Origin: Klebsormidium nitens
Lineage: Eukaryota > Plantae > Klebsormidiophyceae
Reading direction: 5' to 3'
DNA length: 64,000 nt
Assembly: GCA_000708835.1 (NCBI GenBank)
Contig: DF237424.1
Span: 1-64,000, forward strand
Below the pieces are notes generated by a model. That model saw nothing but the letters and a program-made list of their open reading frames with translations. It searched no databases and was not told the DNA's origin. Of this stretch, positions 1-12,218 are shown one piece after another. Each line of letters opens with the position of its first letter. Within the stretch, counting starts at the first letter, position 1. The position numbers were made by a program, and so were the translations under genes.

Positions 1-1084
1 AGACGTGGCCATGTGCTGCGCTTGCCTCTGCTGACACTACAAAGCATCCGGGGGCCCAAGAGCCCCCGGCACGCCTGGTTCCAGGAGAGGAGGGGATCCC
101 TTCGCCTCCACCTTTTTCAGACTCGCGCACACACGCGCGCGCCCAGAGGAGCATACCTCAATACCTTACGAGTGAGCCGAGCGCCCTCCCCTGAGTGGCT
201 CTCCCTGCGCAGCATGCTGGCGAAAGTTTCGCAATGAGCAAAGATTATCTAAGCAAAGGAACAATCATTCAGCCCTAATATATGTGTATCGATCAAAAGC
301 AATCATAGGTGCAATGTATACACCGGAGGAATTGGTGCATAAGGCCCCCATGAGGCCTGGCTGAAAGATGTGCAGAATGCGCATATCCGGGTACTTCTGG
401 CCCAAAAGCTGGCGCTATATCATGGACATCACCGGTTCGACACACTCACGCGCTGGGCGTACTCAGATCGAACCGTAACATGATACCGTCCATGATTCGT
501 GGCATGTAATCGACACTCGCAAGGTTGAAACTTGCCTTTTTCCAAGGCACATATGTCGGATAAAGTGAAATGGTACTAAGCTCCAATCTAGACGCGACTC
601 ACCGGCGCGTACAGTTCAAATGACTGCTCTTCATTTAAGCTGAATGAAGCATCAACCTAAAAATGTGGCCGCCTGTCGAGTTTGTATGTACAAACGTAGT
701 CAGGTGGATGATAATGAAAACTTGCAGCCTGCATGTTGGATGTACATGCAACATGTATATTGTGCTCTTGGCAACCCAGGCGTTGGGCCCGCCATGCCAA
801 TTATGCTGCATGTGGTAGACGCAGCATGTGGTAGACGAGTCCTGTGGAGTCTCATTCAAAGCATGCAGCCGGTAAGTTAAGGGCATAAGGCCTCGCCGCC
901 ATGTCGAACCTCGTATAGAGGACACAAGCTGCGGTCAATGCAAAACAAGGCGCCATCCAGGTTGAGCGCCCGAGTGAGAGACGTCGAGAGGTTTGGGCGG
1001 TTATTACAGATAGCTGGCTTCTTTAGTGTCGTTCTTCAGTGTCGTTGATTCCAGAAGGGAGATAACCTTGGACTCGGATCATGC

Positions 1085-4000
1085 TCAATCCTCCTCAATC
1101 TCTGCAGGCTCGGCGGGCTTTTCTCGTTTCGTCCTTTGGGGCCCTAGGGTAGGGAAGCGTCGGGCCACGGCCGCAGTGTCCAAAACGCCCCAAACCTGGA
1201 GAAAGAACCAACAGGCTTCAATGCTTGCAGTCCCCCCAAACCTTTCGCCTCAGAATCAGATTTGCAGCCTATAGAAGTGAAGCCCATGGGAAGTGGGGAA
1301 CCATCTAGGTCAATTTGGGTATTCTCAAATCGCAGTGCTAACATGGGGCAAACATCAGTATTAGCTACAAAGAAGACGCCCGAGTCTGAAGAGGTGGACC
1401 AAGTGGCGAGCTGGAAACGTTTCCATGATTGGTCCGATCGGTGAGAGGGAACAACAGATGTGCCGTCCAATACAACGGCAGTCAAGCTGAAGATAGAAAT
1501 TTGGACTAGAGCGCCTTACGTTTAGTTCACCCTTCGATCCTCCGTTCGCGAGCAGATGGGGGGCGTCTTTGCAGAAGGAAACCGAAAAGACAGCTCCCTG
1601 TAGGGACAGAACGGGTGAAAGCTTTGCAACTTCGCTAGATCCGCAGGCTCCCATGCACCTCTACATCGATTTCTGATGCGCCCGGGGATTCGCCCCGTCG
1701 CAGCATGAAAGTTATCCTGGCCTATCACGAGCCAATTGAGCGGGGTCGATCAAGATCCAATTGAACAGATCGAAAGGCCAGGAAAGACCCAGGCAATCTG
1801 CAAAGTCATATTGCGCGTGCACTTTTGGGAATCGACACGCAGTACGCGGGCCGCGACCGTGGGACTTATACAACGAGAGGAGGATTCTCAAGGAACTTTA
1901 ATCCTGCGCCTCAAAAATCTGAGAGCTTCATCAAGCCTGATCAGCAAGCAGTGCTCACCACTTTCGGGTTCTTCGAGGCCAGCATGGCTGGCCGGTGTCC
2001 TGTCGTGTCCCACAGCTTAACCTGGAAAAGGAAGAGAGTGCGCCCATCAGCAGGGAGGAAGTAGATCAGTGGAAAGACAGCCTGCTTCATGGGTCAGGAG
2101 GCTCCTGTTTCCAACAGGCATGCTGCGAGCTCGAAAGAAGGAAAGAGGACACCGCCAGCTACTACGTTCTTTCAATCGCGCAGTTTCCTTGGGAACTCGT
2201 GCCATCAGAGCTCAACGGACGGGAGAATACAGCAGGACTTAGTGTTTCGTCGCCAGAGGTGATGGGCCCGACAAGAACAACGCCCGGTTACCCTGGTGGT
2301 AAAGGCTGTCGCTAGGGGGCGTTGGCTTACCATTTTGTCTGTCGATCCCGTTGCTAGGAACTGCAATACAGACATTTGAAAATGGTCAAGCAAGGAAGTT
2401 CGAAGAAGGGTTGTAACTGCCCTAAAAGCGGTAGCTGCAGACGCGATGCACTCCGAACCTCCTCCGAAATTCCTGTTATATCCCTTGCCTACTTTGCCCC
2501 CCCTACTTTGCCAAAACATCTGTCAAGTACACTTGAAAAACTCTGCCAGGACTTACAAGCACTACACACTGTAAGCCTAAAAACTTAACAAGAAGACAGA
2601 TATAAATATACACTTATCTCCAAGCGCTTGCGCGATATCAACGCTTCAAATCCAACTTCTCAAAAGTTCGCAGTCCCTTACGTTCGGCACTGCCGGATTG
2701 TACGACACTGAACACGTCGGCTTGTCGTGCGCCGCCAACGTGAACAGCGCCCCCTCGCCTGCCGCCCCACTACTGCTCGCCCCGTCCGCCGCCCTCCCTT
2801 TTCTGACGTCATGACACCGCACCAGACCGTCTTCCGTACTGACTACGAAGTACTGCGGCGCGTGCGGGTCCCACGCTGCGCACTCCACGTCAGCAGAGAC
2901 CTGCCACGTCAGCGCGGGCTGCTGCGGGGAGCGCATGTCGATGACTGCGGCCATTTTGTCGAAGCCGCCGCTCAGGAGGACCGTCGGCTCGGCGGGGTTC
3001 CATACGACCGTTTGGACCTGCGCACAGCAAGAGTTACAAACCGCCTGTCAGGGACCAATGCAGAAGGACCTGCTTGTCGAAAGTCCGATCCAATTGGAAG
3101 ATTTGGAAGGATAGTTGCAGACAATCGACAGGAGTTGCCTAGTTGACGCTGCGGCGATGACTAGAATCCTTTCGACGCCCGGCCCCGAAGAACAGATCCG
3201 ACTTCGGAGGTGGTGACACTGCGGGATTGCAACCGGGAATAAGCGTTGCCGGGGTGAAAAGAAATCGAAGCACTAAGAGTGTCGCAGCGCTTCGCAGCAG
3301 CGCAACAACTGCAGGCTGAGAAGCAATCCGTATGCGGCACAGGATTATCAATGCAGTCAAATTGGTAGGCCGTCCACTCAAAATAGCACCCCATAAACGC
3401 ATCTGAAACTGGGCGAATTATCGGCCGCGGAACGTCATACTGAGACGGCACATTTCACGAACGCCCGAATGAAGCCGTTGAGCTAAGTCGCAGCCACCAG
3501 AGACCCGGTAAAAGTCGCGGAATGGCAAGCATGGAACGCTTTTTCAGAAAGTTTCAAATCCCGCTCGCGGTTCTCAAGCGGCGCACCTTGTCCGTGTGGT
3601 GCGTCAGAGTGTGCTCGCACTTGCCCGTCGTGATGTCCCACGCCTTGATTGTTGTGTCCGCGGAACAACTGGCCAGCACGTTTCTGCAAAAATGATGTTG
3701 GAGGCATAACACTTTCCGCCTTGCACCCTGAAACATTCGGCGGGGAACGGGAGCACCCTGACAAGGGCAGAGATTGTCTGCAGTTCTAATTTGGAAGGTA
3801 CGGAGAATTACGCTCGAAAAGAGACTCTGATACCTATCAACGCGTCAACACCAGGAAAAGGATCGACACCTAACTCTAGACTCCAACAAAGATGGTGATA
3901 GCGGAAGACCGGAAACGGCTTATTGACAAGCTGAGGACTTGAGCACATGCGAGTTGAGGAGTTGACCAGGCTCCCCACTCCGCCACAGGACCGCTTAAAG

Positions 4001-7000
4001 TGGAAACCGGGGCAAGGCATCTTAGTGCTGCGTAGAAGAGGAGAAGCCTGCACGCATGCGCCAAGCAATTGATGGGTGCACAGTGACCCACCTAAACTCC
4101 GCGTTCCACGCCAGGCCCAGCACCGAGTCGGTATGACTCCCCTCCTTGAGGTTGCGCTGCAGACCACGATGCGACCGCGTCAGTAGGCTCAATTTCGAGA
4201 CTGTTTCCGTCTCACCAGACCTTACGTAGTCGTTGTCTCCAATGATGCAACGGTAGTCTCCTCCTTCCTCATCGAGCCCCAACAGGTGGGAAAATGAACG
4301 ACAATCGCGTTTTGCAGGCATGTTGAGGGTCAGGACCAAAGCGACAGCTGGTTGAGTGCAAGAGTATTCTTCGCAATCTATCCGGACCGATTTCCAATCC
4401 GTAATTTACTTCGAAAAATTGAATAATGTATGAATGGATCAGGGTTCTAAAAGCCCGCACAGCAATCGCGTAGGTCAACAAGAAACCGCACAAACAAAGC
4501 GGGGCAACAGAACCGGATAGTAGGCAGTTGTCGTTTACAGACCGAGGGTAAGCATCCACTGACCCTGCCGGGGGCCATTTGCCCTGCAAACGCTAAAGAT
4601 TGATTCATATACCAAAAGATTTGAACGAGCGACCGTTGACGGCCGCCGAAGGCTCACCTTCTTCTTCTTCTTGCTCTTCTTTTTCTTTTTCCCATCCTCG
4701 CTGGTTGGTTCGTCCTCAGCAGCCGTCCCCTCCTCTTCGTAGCCGCCCAACGTTTGCACGGGCTCGACCGCATCCAGCTGCGGAAGCGACCGGTGTCAAT
4801 AAAAGAATTTGACAAGCTTGAAGGCCTACCACGAGACTCAGTCGCGTGAACTTATGCATCGACCGGCAAGAGGCTGAGGCCACTGCAAATTTTTGCATGC
4901 CTAATCTGAGGAAACCCAACAACCAAAACGAAGCAACGCAAAGTAGCACCAAAAAGAGGATGTGACCCCTACACCAACCAAGGAGGTCGACCCAAACAAG
5001 AAAGCCTAAACCGCTCACCCATACAACTTGTTCAAACTACTTCCTAGAAGTCGACTCGCTCAGATCCCTGACAGACCTTCATCCGCCTTCCTCAAAGCTA
5101 GTCTGACCATAACCGCTTTCTCCTGGGCAGAAGGATCATCCGCCGTCTCGCCTCAACAGGCAGCCAGACCGTTCAGCAAACCCAAGGGTTCTTACCACGT
5201 CCAAGTCCCAGATCTCAATCTCCGGCATGAGCGTCCCAACAGCCACCATGTTGCCTGCAAGACGATCGGCAATTGCTTGTCAGCCGGAATGCGCACTAGC
5301 GCCATTGAGGCGTCGCACAACAGCCTCAGGATGCACTGAAACAGAAACAAAAGGAAAGTTCGACCGCCTCTTCTCTGACACTCAAGCACGGTACCAGAAC
5401 AAGAAGTTCCCTGACTTACTTCCCCTTCCAGATGACTCTACTCTTTAGCTGTGGCAGACATACAATTCCGACTCACTCACATCGCACTCGTTCCAAAAAG
5501 GTACTTCCAACAGCAAGTGCTCCAAAGTCGTCCCATCGAATCAACCCGGTGGATCCGACCCGTATGTTACTAACAAGTATCGGAGCAGGGCCTAGGCCCA
5601 CCTTTACTGGCGGCCGGGTCTGCAGCAGTGGCAGCCGGGTTGCAGTCCATCCAGGCGAGCGCAAGGGGAAAGGCGGGCAGCATGATGTCATGGTGCACGT
5701 ACAGGTTGTCGAACTCGTCGCCCTGCGCCTCCTCGTACACCCACACCTGGCAAAGCGGGAATGATGCTATTGCGACAAACGTGCGTTCTTCCAAACTACT
5801 GGTACGACATCCAACGGTCACGGAAAGATGGGGACTACGTACTTCGTCGCTGCAAAGCTGAGCATCTTCGTATAGGCGGAACCGCCTGCTGTGGTGAAAA
5901 GTACGAGGTTTGCCAGGACTTTGAAACAAGATCAACAGTATCATACTTTTGATTGGAGTGATTCAATAAATCGATCACGAAGCTCCGATCAGAACGACTG
6001 AGAAGGCCAAACGTTATGCTCGAGCGATAGGACGTGAACTGGCCTTCGCCCTACCTCAATGTTGCTGACGTCATCCTCGTTGCGTGCTGTCAGCAGCAGC
6101 AGATCCGAGTCCCGAATGGTAAAGTCGTCGATCTCCTCTGAATCATCGTCCTGCACGGAGGGGAGCAGCAGCCTCGATACGTCAACTGGCAGCGGCTCTC
6201 TGCTTCTTCGGTATACTGGTACGTAAGTACTCCACCAGACACTAGATACATGGCTAGATTAGAGCGTCCGGACTCTACAAGTCACGAGCCGTTGAACCCA
6301 AGACCTCACGTCCCGTTTCGGGGAGCAGGATTCTGATGCGGTTGTTTGTTTTGAAGCTCTGCATTCGCGAGGGGAAGGCCGCCGTCGACTATGTCTAGCG
6401 ATCCAAAACGAGTGTCATCCACCGACACGGGTGCTCTGCTCCCAACGAGCCCGGCAGATTACAGTGTTGCATTGCTCCGCTTCTTACATCTAGACCGCAG
6501 AAGCGCGAAATGGCCTGAAAACGGCCACAAACCACAGCGCTGCCGCTGTTTGATGATGTCGAGAAGTGAACGCTTTAGATTGAGATCGTTTTCGCTAAGT
6601 TTGTAACAAAATCAGGTAGTAAACCTCTTCGTGGAGATAACTTGCGTTCCCCGGACTAAAGCTTGCAAACTTAGACCTTACATCGGACGTTTGCGCTGCG
6701 ACGTCAAGCATTGCAGGATTTCCAACCGTCTTGTATTCCAAAGCATACCTGATGTTTCCAGACTAGCTTTGGTAAACTAGGCGGTGTGCATCTGATTCTA
6801 CATGCTCTTCTGTGCAGAAACGAGCCCAACAGGACTTTCGAGTGAGTGACTGACTAGTCGTCAAGATCGCTTGACTAGCACATCATTTCTTTAATGGAGG
6901 CAAGCACACTTTCAATGCCTTCCAATCTGAAAACGCAACTTACAGAAGAAAGGCAGGAAGAATGCGTACCCCTTTTAAGGTGATGTAAGGATCGTCTTCG

Positions 7001-8397
7001 CTGCTGATGTACTGTGCATTGCCCAGGCCCCCGTTGCCAAAGAGCCGCTCGGTGTCTGCAAAGTTGCGGAAAGGGACCCAAGACATTAGGAGGAGAACGT
7101 CTTTTCCAACGAAGTCCCTCTCGACCAAACCGTTAATTTCTTCGAAATCAAATGAACTTGAACCTTCAAGAAGCTTTCATAACAAGCAGCTAATACCAAG
7201 TTCACCTTGACAATATAGAACCTTGGGGCGACTCCTCGAGGGAGGATTTGTGTCACTGCTTACAGTTGTGGCGGCAACACTATGCAGCAAGTCTCAGCCC
7301 AAATCGCCCCGCTTTTATCGTGTCCATCATAGCTTGGACTTTCCGAGGGAAGTGACAATCTCAATCCGCAAAACACCCTTCCCCTATCCTTTGCCCCAGT
7401 CCCAATCTTCCCCCGCTCTCACCTGCCTGCTCGTCCTCCTGGTCATAGTTGTCCATATCTAGTTCTGCCAGGCCAGCCGCCAGTGCATCGGTGCTTTTTT
7501 TGGCCGCGCGCTTGCCCTTTCCTCCCCCAAGAGCGGCCGCCACCGCCCTTGCCTGCTCTGCGGGGTCAGCTTCCTCCTCCATGCCCCCTTCTTCCTCCTC
7601 CTCATTTTCGTCATCTTCCTCCCACTCATCCTCTTCATCGCTGTACAGAAATTCGAATTTCACCAAGGATGAGAATTAGGGTTTCAGGAACAGAGTCGTG
7701 ATGGGTCGGTGGTGCACCACATTAGCATCACACCACCACCATCAAAGGTGTCAGATTAGGGTTAGGGTTAAGAAGCCCCAAGACCTCGCAAAAGAAACCT
7801 GCTTTGAGCTATGAGGAATGTACAGCCCAACAAATTCCTGGGTACGTCACGAAGGTTACGCTCTGCTATTTTCCAAAAATCTGACGCCTGAAGATGTGTA
7901 AAGCTGCAGCCTACAAAAAACAAAACTTCGACTCTTAACAACATTGAAAGCTCAACTGGACTCTGGTAATGGTGCACCAATCAGGTGCCATCACAGCATT
8001 GCTCAAGATTGCTTAATAAGAAGTAAAACATTTCTTCTACAATACTTGGAGTGCCACCAGCTTCTATAAAATCAGCTTTCAAGTAGGATTCCGAATGCAC
8101 AAGGCAGGACGCTGAGAGCAGCAGTTTCCATGTGAATGCCCCTTATGCTGTGAACGAAGGTAGAAGTGACAGCTATGCAATGCCGCCTTCCTGCAACATC
8201 CGCGTCACAAAAGCAGTACGAAGCGCCGCTTGCGATGCTAAGTCGGCTAACCTGCTATCCTCGTCACCCTCGCCCCTGGTTTCCTGTGCTTTCAGTGCGG
8301 CTGCCTTCATAGCCTCAAGCTCCTCCTCAGTAGGGTCCACCGTGATGGGCGTTGTCTTTGCAGCGCCCTTGGGCACCCAGCACACTGAGCTGATCAT
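1085..8397 (-). CDS. PWP1: Periodic tryptophan protein 1 (WD40 ribosome-biogenesis/chromatin factor), 14 exons
   Basis: Start MISSVCWVPKGAAK (ATG 8397) matches the PWP1 N-terminus. It is followed by an acidic exon (7423-7640) and exons encoding DDFTIRDSDLLLLTARNEDDVSNIE, VWVYEE..LYVHHDIMLPAFPLALAWMD, GNMVAVGTLMPEIEIWDLDV, SHTDSVLGLAWN, NVLASCSADTTIKAWD, VQTVVWNPAEPTVLLSGGFD, FLATGSTDKMVKLWD and GAVFSVSF, ending AEIEED* at 1085. Introns are GT-AG. Confidence 0.95.
7676..7770 (-). promoter_or_regulatory. Telo-box (AAACCCTAA, 7676-7684) and (TTAGGG)2.5 tract (7756-7770) in PWP1 intron 1
   Basis: The plus strand reads ttagggttt at 7676-7684 and ttagggttagggtta at 7756-7770. Function is inferred only from land-plant telo-box precedent. 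Confidence 0.35.
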
Positions 8398-8952
8398 GAT
8401 GCTGGCTGGTTTGACAAATTTATGCAGCAAGAGTGGTGTTCCACCGCAAAGCAGAAGTTCTAGAAGAAAGAAAGACAAACCAATGGGTTTGTTCCTGCGC
8501 ACCAGGATTTCTGTTCGTCACCAAGAAAATGCAGATGCGTCCTACGTTTCAACTTTCACGTTGCATGCTCTGAGTCTGACTTCTGAAAAGATGCAGCTCA
8601 ACCTTTAACTCTTGCAACCATTTTTGAACTTGTTCAATGTCCGCCGCCGCAAGGCCTCCATCACGAGACTTTGCATCAGGGGCTATCAGTATATCCTGTG
8701 GAGGCCCTGTAGACAAGCACTTTCTCGGTAATGGTTTTGCTTCCCTAGAACTTTCCAGAGAATCTCTCTAGCTGTGCAATTCTGCATCCTCTTCCAATTT
8801 CAGCACAGGCGCTCCAACAAAGCAACAACAAGCTGCAACGAAATCCGCTTTTGCCACATTCCAAGCCGAAGCGCCCCCCAAAAGTAGAACGCATACTCTG
8901 AAGCCAGCGTCTTCCTGACGACTCTTCGTCAAGTTGCTCGAACAGCGTCAGA
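8398..8952. promoter_or_regulatory. Putative bidirectional promoter, PWP1/CPN20
   Basis: Divergent start codons are 555 bp apart. Confidence 0.55.
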
Positions 8953-11300
8953 ATGGCGTGCATTGCGGCTCTGCAGAGTGCGGGAGTGGTTATGCAGAAG
9001 TCTTTGACCACCTTGCCAGCGTGCTCCTCTACCAACATCAGGAGCTTTGCGGCCTTCACTGGCCTGAGAAAGGACCCTTTTGCTGCCACATCACGGGCCT
9101 CAGCGAGGACTGTGCACAGGCGGCAGTCTGGGGTGCGAGCGTCTACAGCAGTGAGCACCAAGGTGAGCTTGCAGAGGATGTTTTAAGGGCTTGACGAATG
9201 CCGTGTATCTGTAATATTAGGATCCGTAGCACTCTTCAATTGTCTCGAGAAGCATGAGCTGAAATTTTCACGAAAAATTCATGATTGCAGTCGCTGACAA
9301 GAAGAATAAAAATGCATATTGCACACAATGCAAAGTTCCTCTAGGAACATCCTGCAAAGGGCGGGTAGAAGTGATGGTACTCCAGAGGCCATCAGCACTT
9401 GCATCGCATGTGCTATATCCTACCGGAGGCTGTGTCAACCTTTACCAAGAGCGGCTGCTACATGTGCTGAACCCTGACTTCAGATGCCGCGCTTTGCCTT
9501 CTCGGGTTGATTGAATGAACACTTTATACTGCGCACAATCTGCAGTTCACAACTATCAAGCCTGTGGGGGACCGCATTCTGGTGAAGAAAGAGAAGGCTC
9601 AGGAGAAGACCAGTGGTGGCATTCTGCTCCCGTCCACAGCACAGAACAAGCCTACTTCTGGTTCAGTTGTGGCACTTGGCGAGGGGAAAACTCTGCCAAA
9701 TGGAAAGAAGATTGAAGTTGGGCTTTCGGTAAGTTGCCCGAGCATGTTCTGTTCACAATGATGTCAATGCCAACCTAGGGATTTACTCCTGATCTATGTG
9801 ACTGGTTGGAGCCTTTTGCAAATCTTCATTGGACGAGTTACCAAAGCTGTTGTGAGCCATCGCCATGAAGTCAGTTCAGATTCAAACGACGACCACCTTT
9901 GATCGCCAATTGAGGCAAAAAACACCGGTTGCAAGTGCGGTTCACACATTTCAACGTCGGAGAATATCCGTGGCTGTTTCCACATCCTGGCTGGCATGCG
10001 CCGTAACAGTTCGTTTTCTGCACTCCACTCCCAGCCAATCAAGGCTTGCCTTAGCTGAAAGGCATCAATGTGCTGGTGCAGACTGGCAGCAAGGTAATCT
10101 ACTCCAGATATGCGGGTACCGAGGTTGAGTTCCAGGGAGAGGAGCACCTCATCCTGAAGGAGGAAGATGTGATTGGGCTGTTGGACTCAGATGATGTGAA
10201 GGACATGAAGCCCCTCGGAGATAGAGTTCTGATTAAGGTAAGTGATTTCTCAGTTCGACGCGGACTAATCCCGTGTTTCCTAGTGGCCACTGCCGTTTGA
10301 TTGGAGGAAACTTACTTTCAATGTAAACTTGGGAAGTCGAGATTGCAGCTGTCACAACAAGCAAGGTTGCTCTCTGAGTGCCGCCTGTCTTTCTCAAAAC
10401 ACGTTGACAAGGAACTGTGTCTTTCATAGCGGTTGTTCTGGCGGTTCTCGTGTATGGATGTGGAAGCGCCTCTCTTTCACATATGGAAAAGGAAGTCTCA
10501 ATCACATGAGATTGCATGAGTTTCGACAGCTTTGTGCACATACTAGCGGTCTAGTTTGAAGCTACGTTGCTAGGTCAAGGGTGATTTACGAAGCCGTTAT
10601 TGAAGCGAAGATAGTAAGTCACATGTGTAACTCTTCCTGCTCTGGTCGACAGGTAGCTGCTGCTGAGGAGAAGACCCAGGGGGGGATCATCTTGACGGAT
10701 AGCACAAAAGAAAAGCCAGTTATTGGAACGGTGAGCCATGCACCTTAATGTGAATGCTTGAATGTCTTCCACTTTTGGCCGACTACTGATTGGAAAGCTT
10801 CCCAACCGTCTCTCTGGAAAGCTTCCTAACCGTTTGCTCAAGTTTGGAATGCTTTTGTAGACCATAGTCGTCCTGGAATTCTGAATTTTGTCCAACAAGC
10901 ATAGTTACATCTGTTTCTGAACGACTTCTCGCATCGGGAAACGGCCTCTGGCGTAGTCGGTTTCACGTTTTTGGGGTCTCTAGACATGCCTGTATCAGTT
11001 GTGCCGATTACAAGTATGGCGAAGGTCTTGCAGCGTTCTGTCTCCGTCATCAGGATTCCAGACTCAAAAGGTCTCTTCTGTTGGTGGGAGCATACAATAT
11101 CAAGTCGCTCGCTTTTGCTCTGTTAGGTTGCCGCTGCGGGACCCGGCCCCCTCGACGAGGAGGGCAACAGGAAGGGCCTTGATCTGAAGGAGGGCAGCAC
11201 AGTTCTCTACTCGAAGTACGCCGGCACCGAGATGAAGGGCAAAGACGACTCCGCTTATGTCGTTATGAGAGCACAAGACGTCCTTGCTGTGCTCTCATAA
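8953..11300 (+). CDS. CPN20: Chloroplast 20 kDa co-chaperonin (tandem GroES domains) with transit peptide, 5 exons, ~266 aa
   Basis: Exons 8953-9162, 9546-9728, 10082-10237, 10653-10730 and 11127-11300 are all phase 0. There are two GroES repeats (IKPVGDRILVK..TSGGILLP..; MKPLGDRVLIK..TQGGIILT..; YSRYAGTE / YSKYAGTE), and exon 1 is S/A/T/R-rich like a transit peptide. Confidence 0.96.
10791..10833. repeat. 24-bp tandem duplication in CPN20 intron 4
   Basis: tggaaagcttcccaaccgt.. recurs at 10815 as tggaaagcttcctaaccgt. Confidence 0.8.
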
Positions 11301-12218
11301 ACGTCAGAATCATTATAGACAGGAATTAAGCATAATCTACCAGTTCATCAATGTATCATTGCCGGACGTGTACTCGGGGGACAGTTTTGGTCTGACAGTG
11401 ATAAAATATAGACTCGAGTGCTGGCATGTGAAGCCAGCTGTTGATTGGAAGTTAAGCTTCATGAGTCGGGCCGACATGGCCCAAAAGCTGAACGATTATA
11501 ACGTTGCTAGGGCCGGCCTGCATGACCCCAATTCTTGCCAATGCAAGTTCTTTCCTAATGGCGGCGGTCGTGGCTATCTCAGACGAGGGCACACCAAACC
11601 TTTAGCTTAAGTATCCAAATCAAGTTTATCGCATGGCGGCCGCACTCATGTCGAATCAATATTGTCAAGATCGTTCTTGTGACGATAATTGACGGCACTC
11701 ACGTTCAATTGATAGCTATCATCCACGACGGTTGACGTCATGCCCAGCTGGTGTGTGTAGGTCATGGACCATATACCCCAGCCTGTATGTACGCATAGAT
11801 ATCTGGCATGGGACCGTCAGTTTGCATACATTAGTACGTGGTGCCAGGAATCATAGGATCCGACATAATGGTCGATCGTCCAGCGCGCGCGGCCGGTCGA
11901 CCATCTAGATAAGATGGAGACACGAACAGGCCATGTTGGTAATCATTCTAAAGATAGCAAAGACATGCCACACCAGGCGGAGAATGACAAATGTGGGCCG
12001 GAAGCCAAAAGCTACTTAGGCATGCCGAGGAGATGCTGAAAATACATTCCCAATTCGAATTGTTCCGAGACGCCATCAGCGCGGTTGTTACGGTTGAAAG
12101 AAAGGCAGCATTCGTACATGCTCTCCGCCTTGCCAGGCAAGAACTGGACCTAAATCCAGACGCACCCTTGAAATCCGATTGAAGCGGATCAGGAGGGCTA
12201 CCCGATAGCCACTGTCCA

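Noticed and set aside
1-215. Possible first exon of a minus-strand gene leaving the window (MLRRESHSGEGARLTRK, donors gtattg/gtatgc)
   Set aside because: Too short, with no recognisable motif and no downstream exons visible.
11991-12182. 63-aa plus-strand ORF with helical-looking sequence
   Set aside because: Antisense to the SDR 3' UTR, with no splice partners and no recognisable motif.
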